Assembly (NCBI GenBank): GCA_049314435.1
Contig: JBMOFD010000020.1
Span: 1-26,020 of the forward strand
Direction: 5' to 3'
DNA from: Chlamydiia bacterium
GTDB lineage: Bacteria; Chlamydiota; Chlamydiia; Chlamydiales; JBMOFD01
DNA: 26,020 nucleotides
Position numbers and translations under genes: made by a program. Below are positions 17,181-26,020 of this stretch, piece after piece. The notes below the pieces were generated by a model that did no database searches, was not told the DNA's origin, and saw nothing but the letters and a program-made list of their open reading frames with translations. Each line of letters starts with the position of its first letter. Position 1 is the first letter of the stretch.

Positions 17181-20100
17181 CTAAGACATATAGCGCTGGT
17201 CTCTATGCAAGGCAAAGGGATCAACACGAAGAGCCTTGGTCATCATCGCCTCCATTTGGCTCTTCGCATAGGGCTCCACACCCAATCTCTTGCGAATCAT
17301 CCCGTAGCATCTGACCAGGTCTGTGGTCTTGCCTCGGAGCCAGCCGCCCATGAACCTACGCACATTCTCTCTCATGGTTGGATTGGGGGCGCGATAGACC
17401 GTGGTATAGCCTCCCAGATAACCCCACCGAGCCAGGTCCTCTAGGAAGCGCTGATCAGTTTGAAGATCCCCCTCCATGAGCCCTCGATCTGCCGTTGTTT
17501 GGACGATCTTCTGATGAACCAAGTCGTACACGCCGAATTTTAAGTTCGGGTTCACCTTGTGAGCCTTGGCTCTACGCAGATAGTTGGTCCAGAGGACACC
17601 CTCCTCCTGAGTCAGGGCAATGGATGAGGTTTCTATACCCTGCTCCCCCTGCTGCTGGACCAACAGCAGATGCACGATGGGCTGCTGCACCTCCGAATAG
17701 GGCTTAGCAAGTGTACCTCCCACATAGATCCCGAGAGCGTTGCTGGTCCAGTACATGGTCGGTGTGAACTGATCAGCGATCGATGTAAACTCTGACGACG
17801 CTTCGAAGGAGGAGGGCACAGAGAAGAAGCTGACCTTCTTCAGATCCACTGGGCCCTCCGGATCTGCTGCGACCAACCAGTCTAAGTTGGCCAGATAGGC
17901 GGTCTTCTTAGCCCACCGCGCCCGCTCCTCAGAGAGTCGTCGTGGAGGAGGTAGAGCCTGCTGGATCGACTCATCCATCTGCTGCTCTAGCTGTTGATCC
18001 ACCTCATGATGTTGATCTTGATGCGCCTTCTGCTGGGCCGAGACCTGTTGCGCGGCATGCGCCTGCTGCTCGGCAGCCACCTGCTGTGAGATCTGTATCT
18101 GCTCAGACTGCCCAAGCCCTAGTGCCATGCTGGTCGGACCCTGCGCTCCTACAAGGACCCTCTCTGGTGTGTACTGAGGAGCCTCCTCAACAATTCTCTC
18201 CATGAGGGCACGCACCTGGGCTCTGCGCCGTGCGGAGAATCTCGTATCTCTCCCGAACTTCGTCCAGAGCTTCTCCATGTGCTCTTCGAGCACCGGCTTA
18301 GGCGATCTAAGTTCCTGTGGTTCGCCAAACAGGGCCCAGAAGTCCAGTGATATGTCCGAGACGAACAGCTCCTTGTAGTCCGATGTGAGCGCCGCCGTAT
18401 CGTCTATCTCTTCTGTATCCAGGATGCGATCTCGAACCGCGCTGTACACGAGGTTGTTGAGTTTCTGATAGGAAGCCAGGAAGCTGTCGTCAGCCTTCTC
18501 ATGAGCCTCATTGACGCGCAGATAGCGGATGATCTGCCCCATGGAGGGTTGATCGCCCTCGAGCATCTTTGCGTAGAGGGTGCGGTTCATAGCCATGTGG
18601 ATCCTCTGGCCCGAGCTCCTTAGACCCCTCATGCGCCCTACGCTTTGGCATATATCTTCTAGGGTCGAGGAGTCTCCCATCAAGACCACCCCTTCGGTAC
18701 CAGCCGCCTGAAGCACGTTGCTGCCAGTACGGAAGAAGTGACCCAGGTAGGTGATGTGGGAGAGCTCATTGGGAGGAAGAGAACCCTGCACGTAGACGTC
18801 GCCTCTCTGTCCTACTTGCTCGCGTACCCTCAATTCGCCCTGGTCGTCGTTATAGATCACCCCGTGGATGTCAGGACGCTGCTGCCGGACATACGTTAGG
18901 ATCCGGTCAGCGACCTCTTCGCCACTTAAGCCGTAGAAGAGAGCTCCACCGTCCACAATCATAGCGGCGCGTGAACCTGGCGCAAAGAATCGCGGCAAAA
19001 TCTCATCAAGCCGCTGCATGGGGTTTGTTGCATCGAGGGCATGGATGTGCTCTGGATCGTTGCAGTGTTGCATGAGGAAGTCGACCGTCTCACCCAAGGT
19101 CCCTGGATCCCAAAGAATCTCCGTGCCTACAGGGAAACTCCCCTCATGTTCGGGAGTTGCCGTGGCAGCCACGGAGGTCTCAAACATCGAAACGAACTGG
19201 TGAGAGTCACTGCGCAGGCTGCGCTGGAAATGTGTCATTTTGGGGGCGACCGCCGCCGCCACGTAGGTGACCACGGCAGCATGATGCTGACTGACCAAGC
19301 GTGGGAGCTCGGCCGGAAGATCTCCTGCATCATCACGGAGCTTCCGGCATGCATCGAAGGAAAGACCCGTCCACTCCCGAAGGAGGAGAGCCTCTTCTGT
19401 CTGTTCAACGGGGAGACCCACTGCCTCCGCTTCTTTAGCGGCTTGTGCCAGTTGATGACTGAGCAGCTTGCGGGTCTGATCGGAATTCAGCCCCCGATGA
19501 GCAAAGGAGATCGCTGTCTTGAGCAGCTCCTCCAGAGGATTTTTGATCTTGGAGTCCTTGGAGGGTCGATCGTTCCCTAAATAGGGAATCGCAATCTCGG
19601 GGTCAGCCTCTTCGGGATCCTTGGGAAGCCCAAAATGGACGCAGAAGGTGAGCTTGAACGCCTCTGGAATCAAGACGTTGATTAACCCCCTCAACAAGGC
19701 AATCTGCTCTCTCTGTGGATGAGACCGTACAAAGTCGGGCGCCGGCACCGTACGATCCTTCAAGTACTCATGGAATGCCTCGAGCTGGCCGGGGCAGAGG
19801 GCGATACGACACCCTAACAGCTCCGCCAATCTCGCCTTGCCCGTCTGCTCATAAGCATCGAGATCAAAGGCCACCTGCCCATTGCCTGGAAGAAGCCCTG
19901 CAAGCTGAGGATCAGCAAACATGAGGAAGACACTATCCAAGGTCGAACGCACCGTCCCCTCTTCCAGGTAAGCCTTGCCAGAGAGAGGATGGTTCAATTC
20001 ATCTTTGCGACGGAACATCTCATGAGCTTCATCCGCATCTAATTTCATTCCGCGACGTATGAGGCGCAGGAGATCGCGGTAGAGATTCAAGTACCTCTTC

Positions 20101-23100
20101 TCGGCTCGATGGGACGCTGATGTGGCCAAGTCACCGGCGAGCCTTCGAATCACTCCCCTGGATCGCAGGCGGTCACAGTACTCCAAATATTTTTCACGGA
20201 AGATCAGGTCGAGTGACTGGAAGTCGGTCTTTTTGGAAGTAAATGCCTCTCTGCAGAGGATCGACCGCTCACATCGCGCGATCAGGGCGCGCAGCTGCCT
20301 CTCCTCTAATGGATGTGCTCGGGTGCTCTGTATCTCCAAACAGGGACGCCCTGCAACCGTGGAGAGTGCATGCCGCACTTGGGCTGCACACACCGGTGCC
20401 AGCGCTGGAGTGAAGCAGTTCACTAGCGCCACGTGACCATCGGCCAACACGAGATTCTTCTTAGGACCTCCATAGAACGTCTTGCCTGCTCCGGTGCCCG
20501 CCTGCATAACGAGATGGCTTGCGCCGTCCCGCACCTCTTGGATCACTCGCTCGAGCTGCTGCACCTGTCTCTCCCATAGTCTACATCCATGCACGACCTC
20601 AAAGACCATCGAGCTGCGGAGGAATCGATCCGAGAAGTGGGCATAGTCATACGCCGAAGGCCGAAGCAGGTGCTCCTTGAGCTTGGCGAGACGCAGAGCA
20701 TATTCTGGCTGAGCTGGCACGACCTTAGACAAGGCTGCGAGCTGGTCCTCAGCCGCGGCTAACTGCTTGTCTCGGATCGCAAAGAGTAAGTAGCGGTACA
20801 TCCACTGATCAAAGAGTGGCATGTGCCCCTCCTCGAGCTCTGTCTCGCTCGCAAACCAGTGTGTATCATCACGCGCAAAGGCCTGGACTAGATCCAGCCA
20901 GCGCCCCTCTGGGTGCCCCTCGACAGACGCCGATTTGGCACGACGGGCGCGCTGACTCCTCAACCGCTCCTCATCTGTCTGATCCATTTGGGCAGATGAA
21001 GGAGGCCTCCTTGCTAAGCGCATCAGCATCTCCTTCATTCCTTCTAGGATGGGTCTGATGGCCTCTTCTCTAAGAAGACCCAACCCCTTAGAGAGTCTCT
21101 GTTGTCCTTCAGGGGTGGAGAGATCATCGGAGGGTAAATCGCTGCTGGAACGGGTGAAGTACTCCAGCAAGTTCTCATTCACTCTAGCTAGGGAATTAGC
21201 CACCATCGGTTCGTCGTGTCGCTCGTCGATCATCTGCTGAGCTGGGAAGAACTCGACCTCCTCAGCCGCGCCACCCGGGTGCTCTGGGTTCGACGCGACG
21301 GCTCTCAGTTCGGAGTCACCTAAGACGAGCCTCCGGACGAGCGTCGCACAGGTCCGGTCATCCTCAGCCAGCTGTGCTCCAAGCTCTGCCAACACTGGCC
21401 GATCGGACCTCTTCATTGCCTGTTGGAAGACGAGGCGATCTTCCTCGCCCAGTCCATCCAGAGCCGCACAAAGATCGGGGAGGAATTGCATGGCTTGTTG
21501 CACGCCTTGGACCATCTCCAACCCTGCCGTAACGATCGATCCCAAGGAGGTCATGCGGAGCAAGCTATAGACCACATCTTTGGCAGTCCGAGGCCTACCG
21601 TTGCCCACTAGGTTGAAAGCTCGGGCGACCTCATAGCCTCGGACTAACGGGTCGAGTGGGGTGAAGCGCAACAGCCTGCAAACGAGGCTTTCGGGCAGAG
21701 GCAAGGTATAGTTCGCCGCTGCATGCTCGACCAGATGGGTCAGCGAGGAGACAACGGCCCAGGTCCGAGCTGACCGATGTCGGCTTCGATAGACGTCACA
21801 GATCTTTTCACGAACGTCGAGCACCGCCTTATGGGCTTGTGTCACCACGGCCTGTCGCTGAACATATTCATCTTGGCGCAGGGCAATCTCCTTCCTGCGC
21901 TGTTCATTCAGATTCCCCTGCCAGTCAGCCCACTCTACATACGTATGAACCAAAGCTTCGAGTCGATCGGGGTCCGGAAAATCATCAGGTCTAGCGACCA
22001 CGCTTTCGAGCAAATGGACGGTGCAAATCGTGACGCTATCAGTCAAAGCATAGGTGATACTTTCCAGCGTTTTGCGCAGGTTAGGCAACAGGGCGCGGAA
22101 CTGACCGGCACGCTGGTGGAACGTGGCCAATTCTGCCGATGCGAGATCCTTGGGAGGAGTGCCTTTAGCCAATCGATAGTAGGGAAGGAAGTGGGACAGG
22201 TTGTTTAAGTTAAAGGGTTCCGCCAATAACACCTCATCCCAGCGGCGTTCACCAAAGGCTCGCTCAAAACAAAGGGTGCTGATGATCGATGTGGTCCACG
22301 GGTCGGCTCCAACTCGGTCATGGTGAGCCTTCGCGATCAGCTTAAGACACTGATTCAAGTCCCGTAAGGCAGCGGTCGGTGCAGCGTCCAGAGGAATCCT
22401 GAGCCGGCTCGGTAAACTTAGAGAGCACACCTCTTGGTGCGCCACGGCCAGTGCTTCAAGCGTATCGGGATCCGGGAATTCGTTTGGCCTAGAGGCCACC
22501 ACACTCTGCAGGAGCTCGATCATGTGGCGACGCGGCTCTTCGCAGTCGGGCGACGGATCTTTTTTGCTCAAGAGAGTCGGTAGAATCTCTCGGAACTTAC
22601 GGACTTGCTCATGGAACCTGGGCAGTAGGGCCGCAGGGAGACCCTGTGGAGGTGTTCCTTTAGCTAGCCGGTAGTAGGACACAAATCCATGTCGAAACTC
22701 GAACAGGGAAGGCCTATCCAAGCAGACAATCGCCCAATTATTGGCTAAACGAAAACTCTCTAGAGGGGGCGGTTCCCATCCCTGTGTCCTATTTGGATCC
22801 GCGGCGATCCGCTTGCGATGCGCTGCAAAAATCGCCTCTAGACACTGAGCTGCTTCCTCAGCAGCCTTTCGTTCGATCGCATCCACCGGGCCTTGTTGTG
22901 GCAACCTAGCCTCACTGTGGACCATACTTGATTTCGCCCTATCAGCTTTTTGGTAGGCATCAACCAGTTCCTCTAAGGCGTTGGGGTCAGGAAACGCATC
23001 GGGCTTTTCAGCGGCGCTATGGAGCAAGAATACGGCACAAATGTATGCATCACCATGATCACTGACCCTCATCTTGCAGCGAAGCAGTCCAATTGTTTTA

Positions 23101-26020
23101 CGCCAGGCCTGCACGGCCTCTTGGAACTTGGGCAATTCTGACGCTGGCAGGCCTTTTGGTGGAGTCCCTACAGACAGCCGGTAGTAGGCCAGGAATCCCC
23201 TGCATATATCAGTAGAACCAGCTATCGACGCGCTGATGTCGATATGAGCCCAGGGCCACCCTAACTCAAAACGCATGAGCTCGGCCACCCTGTCTGTTAC
23301 CGGATCTTCACATGCAACTGAAATGTGAGCTTGATAGATCTTCTGGATACACTCATTGCGCGCTCTTAAGGCCTCTTCGGCTTTTACCATGCTTACCAGC
23401 AACGGAGAGTCGATCTGCTGAAGCTGTTCACCCGCCCGCTCTCTCCCCGCCAGGCGAGCCTCATACTCGTCTGCCGATGGATACTCGGCTGGGTCCTCCG
23501 AGGCACTCCGAAGTACGTTCAGGATGCTCTGCTCCTGATCGGGCCAGGCCCTTGAACGCAGAAAAGGGAACAGCCCTCGCAGCGTCTGAACGCGCTGACG
23601 GAAGAGGCTCTGCTCTTTCCGCGAGAGCCCCTTAGGAGGAGTGCCCCAAGCCAGTCGATAGTAGGCAGGGAATCCCCTCCGAAGCCCTTCGCAAGAAATC
23701 TCATTGACCTTGAGCGGCACACGATCCCAGCTCATGGCTGGATCCCATGCTTCATCAGGCAGAGCCATCGGTCCCCTGCCCGTCACGAGTCCGAGGGCTG
23801 CCTCCGCCACCTGAGTGAACACAGCAGGAATCCGCACCTGCGACGAATCGGAGTCGCGGGACGAAGATCCCGCCGGAGCCACCATGACCGTTGAACCAGA
23901 GTTCACCGCCTCCCCTGTTCCCAACAGAGCCGCCACAGCCCTTTCCTCGTTGGTAGAACTCCTTGCAGAGCTGGTCCCACTGATGGCCATCCGGGCCAGC
24001 TTCCTTAACCTGGCTCCTGCAGAATGGTGCGACGCTCGGCACGCATCATGAGCATAGAGCTGATTGAGCTCATCGAGCCGTTGACCCAGTTGCGGCAACA
24101 GGAAGAAGGAGTGCGCCACCGCTTCTCCATCTAGACGGAGCATACTGGCAACTTCCCCCATCTGGTCGATGCACTTGACGCCAGAGTCCTGCATAAGCCG
24201 GAGAGCCGCTCTCAACAGGAGGTGCTCCTGCTGTTCACGCTGGCTCCCCTTGCCCCCCTTCGGAGCCATGCAGAGCATGGTCTGTAGCAGCGCTGACCGC
24301 AGGAACATCTGCGGCTGTAGTCCGTCTTCTGAAGAGGCGTGCAGGAGCTGATTCTCCTCAACGAGCGCCGCGAACCTCATGGCGGTCGAGAGCCACTGAG
24401 GATCGCCCCGCTGCGCCAAAGCACTCGCCTGCAAGAGTAGACTCAGCGGCACTAACCCGGGCTCCGAGTGAGCTCTCTGGAGGAGTTCATCCATACGATC
24501 GAGGTGCCAGCGCACCTGTCGATGATCGCCACGGACTAAATGGTAATAGACGAGCCAGCCGTGATCCTGAGCATCGTCGGTTTCCAGGTGACCTTCTCCG
24601 TTGATCTGCGCTCTCAGGCAATCTGCCATGAGGCCTAATCCCGTCGATCTGCCCATTCCCCGCAATGGGGACTGGATCAGACTCTCGATCCAGTCAGGCA
24701 ACTGAGGAAACCCTGTCTCTACCGCGGTGCCCAGTAGGGCCGTGGTCATCTTATCCAGAAGATGCTCTCTGGGAAGGATGATCTCATATCGTCCTTCTGC
24801 ACTCATGAGCAGAAGATAACGAGTATATGGAGCTAGAGCCTCTTGTAAGGCGGGCGGGCTCTGGTTGCGCGCCAAGAAGAAGCGGGGATCCTCATCCCAG
24901 ACCGCTTCTTCTTTCCCTCCGACAGTAGTCACCTTAAAGGAGAGCCGGGGATCGTCCAAGAATTGAATCGAGCCTATTTGGGTTGGGTCTTGTTGCGAGC
25001 GCATGATCTTGATGCGCTCGGCAGGAGCAAACCAGTAGAGAGCGGCGAGGGTATCAGGAGGGGCGACGTCCATTGAGGACCCTGGCGGGAGGAGGTCAGC
25101 ATGTCCAGGTCCTTCTACCTCCTGGGAGCCACGAGTACGTATCGTGTGCATCCCGTCTAGAACAGAACGCCAGGTGTAGCAACCCTGAGCGTCCAGAGGC
25201 GCGGTTGTCCAAGTATAGATCTGGCCCGGGGCTCTCTTCCACTGGCAGACGTAGCTGACTGACCCCGCCACAAAGGGCCTACCCTCCACAAGCGTGAGGT
25301 GCTGGTAACCGGGCTCAGCGCATGCCCAGGTGCACGAACCCGTACGAGTCAGACGGCTACCTGGTTTCCCTGTGATCGTGTCAATGATGGAGCTGCGGGC
25401 TTGCTCTCTTTGGGCATCACCCTTCACCGTCTCGACCCAAAGAGCGAACTGAGCGCCATCAAAACAACACTCGATCTTGTATTCATCGGAGATAAAGGTG
25501 GGATACTGACCCGTCCATCCCACCAGAGGCTGTCTCCCTTCACAAGCCACACCTGCCGTCTTAAAATGGCTAGTAAGGACCTTGCTAAGAACCTGATCGC
25601 GAAATGGTCCGTCCTCGTTCAGCCTACGAATTAAGGGATCTCTCCACATCAGGCGTGCTTCAACCCTCGCCACCTCATCCTCATGCAACTCCTGTCCAGG
25701 AGCGTATGTTGAGACCGTCGGGAACGATCGCGTCCCGAACGTGCTTCTCGGGCGTATCCTTCCATCCCTCTCAGCGCGTTCCACGACTTCGACCCACTGA
25801 CTCTCAGAAGCATGTCGAGGGTCTAGGAAACGATCGCTGAGGCTCTGCCAACGATCCCGAAACCGAGTCTTCACGCTCGCTGGATCGGCAGGGGCATATA
25901 CCCCGAACTCGTCTAGGAACACTCCTTTGAACCTATCTAGCGAGGCGTGATCATCCCCCAAAGCCGTCCGAATCACGGACTTCACACCATCCTGAGTCTC
26001 CAGAAGGAGTCCCATGACAG
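17181..26020 (-). CDS. Giant DUF3638/DUF3645-like P-loop (SF2 helicase-like) protein, >2944 aa, 5'-truncated by the window edge
   Basis: Walker A GTGAGKT (20478-20498), Walker B DEAH (20022-20033), IAIPYLGNDRPS..S...NP (DUF3645-like), ATATP, IVDGGALF, motif VI QSVGRMRG (18624-18647), then a Gln-rich linker. The frame stays open beyond ATG 26015. Confidence 0.85.
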   Translation of the reverse strand, partial: VMGLLLETQDGVKSVIRTALGDDHASLDRFKGVFLDEFGVYAPADPASVKTRFRDRWQSLSDRFLDPRHASESQWVEVVERAERDGRIRPRSTFGTRSFPTVSTYAPGQELHEDEVARVEARLMWRDPLIRRLNEDGPFRDQVLSKVLTSHFKTAGVACEGRQPLVGWTGQYPTFISDEYKIECCFDGAQFALWVETVKGDAQREQARSSIIDTITGKPGSRLTRTGSCTWACAEPGYQHLTLVEGRPFVAGSVSYVCQWKRAPGQIYTWTTAPLDAQGCYTWRSVLDGMHTIRTRGSQEVEGPGHADLLPPGSSMDVAPPDTLAALYWFAPAERIKIMRSQQDPTQIGSIQFLDDPRLSFKVTTVGGKEEAVWDEDPRFFLARNQSPPALQEALAPYTRYLLLMSAEGRYEIILPREHLLDKMTTALLGTAVETGFPQLPDWIESLIQSPLRGMGRSTGLGLMADCLRAQINGEGHLETDDAQDHGWLVYYHLVRGDHRQVRWHLDRMDELLQRAHSEPGLVPLSLLLQASALAQRGDPQWLSTAMRFAALVEENQLLHASSEDGLQPQMFLRSALLQTMLCMAPKGGKGSQREQQEHLLLRAALRLMQDSGVKCIDQMGEVASMLRLDGEAVAHSFFLLPQLGQRLDELNQLYAHDACRASHHSAGARLRKLARMAISGTSSARSSTNEERAVAALLGTGEAVNSGSTVMVAPAGSSSRDSDSSQVRIPAVFTQVAEAALGLVTGRGPMALPDEAWDPAMSWDRVPLKVNEISCEGLRRGFPAYYRLAWGTPPKGLSRKEQSLFRQRVQTLRGLFPFLRSRAWPDQEQSILNVLRSASEDPAEYPSADEYEARLAGRERAGEQLQQIDSPLLVSMVKAEEALRARNECIQKIYQAHISVACEDPVTDRVAELMRFELGWPWAHIDISASIAGSTDICRGFLAYYRLSVGTPPKGLPASELPKFQEAVQAWRKTIGLLRCKMRVSDHGDAYICAVFLLHSAAEKPDAFPDPNALEELVDAYQKADRAKSSMVHSEARLPQQGPVDAIERKAAEEAAQCLEAIFAAHRKRIAADPNRTQGWEPPPLESFRLANNWAIVCLDRPSLFEFRHGFVSYYRLAKGTPPQGLPAALLPRFHEQVRKFREILPTLLSKKDPSPDCEEPRRHMIELLQSVVASRPNEFPDPDTLEALAVAHQEVCSLSLPSRLRIPLDAAPTAALRDLNQCLKLIAKAHHDRVGADPWTTSIISTLCFERAFGERRWDEVLLAEPFNLNNLSHFLPYYRLAKGTPPKDLASAELATFHQRAGQFRALLPNLRKTLESITYALTDSVTICTVHLLESVVARPDDFPDPDRLEALVHTYVEWADWQGNLNEQRRKEIALRQDEYVQRQAVVTQAHKAVLDVREKICDVYRSRHRSARTWAVVSSLTHLVEHAAANYTLPLPESLVCRLLRFTPLDPLVRGYEVARAFNLVGNGRPRTAKDVVYSLLRMTSLGSIVTAGLEMVQGVQQAMQFLPDLCAALDGLGEEDRLVFQQAMKRSDRPVLAELGAQLAEDDRTCATLVRRLVLGDSELRAVASNPEHPGGAAEEVEFFPAQQMIDERHDEPMVANSLARVNENLLEYFTRSSSDLPSDDLSTPEGQQRLSKGLGLLREEAIRPILEGMKEMLMRLARRPPSSAQMDQTDEERLRSQRARRAKSASVEGHPEGRWLDLVQAFARDDTHWFASETELEEGHMPLFDQWMYRYLLFAIRDKQLAAAEDQLAALSKVVPAQPEYALRLAKLKEHLLRPSAYDYAHFSDRFLRSSMVFEVVHGCRLWERQVQQLERVIQEVRDGASHLVMQAGTGAGKTFYGGPKKNLVLADGHVALVNCFTPALAPVCAAQVRHALSTVAGRPCLEIQSTRAHPLEERQLRALIARCERSILCREAFTSKKTDFQSLDLIFREKYLEYCDRLRSRGVIRRLAGDLATSASHRAEKRYLNLYRDLLRLIRRGMKLDADEAHEMFRRKDELNHPLSGKAYLEEGTVRSTLDSVFLMFADPQLAGLLPGNGQVAFDLDAYEQTGKARLAELLGCRIALCPGQLEAFHEYLKDRTVPAPDFVRSHPQREQIALLRGLINVLIPEAFKLTFCVHFGLPKDPEEADPEIAIPYLGNDRPSKDSKIKNPLEELLKTAISFAHRGLNSDQTRKLLSHQLAQAAKEAEAVGLPVEQTEEALLLREWTGLSFDACRKLRDDAGDLPAELPRLVSQHHAAVVTYVAAAVAPKMTHFQRSLRSDSHQFVSMFETSVAATATPEHEGSFPVGTEILWDPGTLGETVDFLMQHCNDPEHIHALDATNPMQRLDEILPRFFAPGSRAAMIVDGGALFYGLSGEEVADRILTYVRQQRPDIHGVIYNDDQGELRVREQVGQRGDVYVQGSLPPNELSHITYLGHFFRTGSNVLQAAGTEGVVLMGDSSTLEDICQSVGRMRGLRSSGQRIHMAMNRTLYAKMLEGDQPSMGQIIRYLRVNEAHEKADDSFLASYQKLNNLVYSAVRDRILDTEEIDDTAALTSDYKELFVSDISLDFWALFGEPQELRSPKPVLEEHMEKLWTKFGRDTRFSARRRAQVRALMERIVEEAPQYTPERVLVGAQGPTSMALGLGQSEQIQISQQVAAEQQAHAAQQVSAQQKAHQDQHHEVDQQLEQQMDESIQQALPPPRRLSEERARWAKKTAYLANLDWLVAADPEGPVDLKKVSFFSVPSSFEASSEFTSIADQFTPTMYWTSNALGIYVGGTLAKPYSEVQQPIVHLLLVQQQGEQGIETSSIALTQEEGVLWTNYLRRAKAHKVNPNLKFGVYDLVHQKIVQTTADRGLMEGDLQTDQRFLEDLARWGYLGGYTTVYRAPNPTMRENVRRFMGGWLRGKTTDLVRCYGMIRKRLGVEPYAKSQMEAMMTKALRVDPFALHRDQRYMS
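21790..23740 (-). repeat. Four tandem ~160-170-aa protein repeats within the giant CDS
   Basis: F-x-x-YYRL-x-x-GTPP-x-x-L core, with the YY codons at 23658, 23181, 22671 and 22176 (spacings 477, 510, 495 nt). Confidence 0.92.

Noticed and set aside
17109..25840. Numerous + strand ORFs of 60-180 aa opposite the giant gene, and similar shadow ORFs elsewhere
   Set aside because: Antisense or alternate-frame shadows of well-supported CDSs in GC-rich DNA, with no recognisable motifs.
17181..26020. Giant ORF as a type I/III restriction subunit, Cas3, or NRPS/PKS
   Set aside because: No methyltransferase, specificity or cas genes in the window, no HD or PD-(D/E)xK motif recognised, and no adenylation or ketosynthase motifs; the spacing and Gln-rich linker fit DUF3638-like proteins better.

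Overview
A GC-rich (visually about 55-58%) bacterial window. From left to right: a partial MGMT/ATL-type DNA alkylation-repair gene at the left edge (minus strand, missing from the ORF track); a secreted two-repeat protein abutting an ADP-forming acyl-CoA ligase-GNAT (Pat-type) fusion; an 80-nt structured intergenic element; and two tandem DAACS (GltP-like) symporters with atypical motifs. Next, a ~555-bp one-gene insertion is bracketed by diverged 90-bp copies of the second transporter's 3' end. It is followed by a PldB-like alpha/beta hydrolase and several orphan membrane or effector-like proteins, one with tandem winged-helix-like repeats. A menaquinone operon menF-menH-menB-menA-menC lacks menD and menE and has a hairpin-packed 134-nt spacer before menB. 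The window ends in a >2944-aa DUF3638/DUF3645-like SF2-type P-loop protein with four ~165-aa internal repeats, open at the right edge. The gene mix is reminiscent of environmental Chlamydiae or another host-associated bacterium, but this is inference only. No rRNA, tRNA, CRISPR array, integrase or transposase was recognised.
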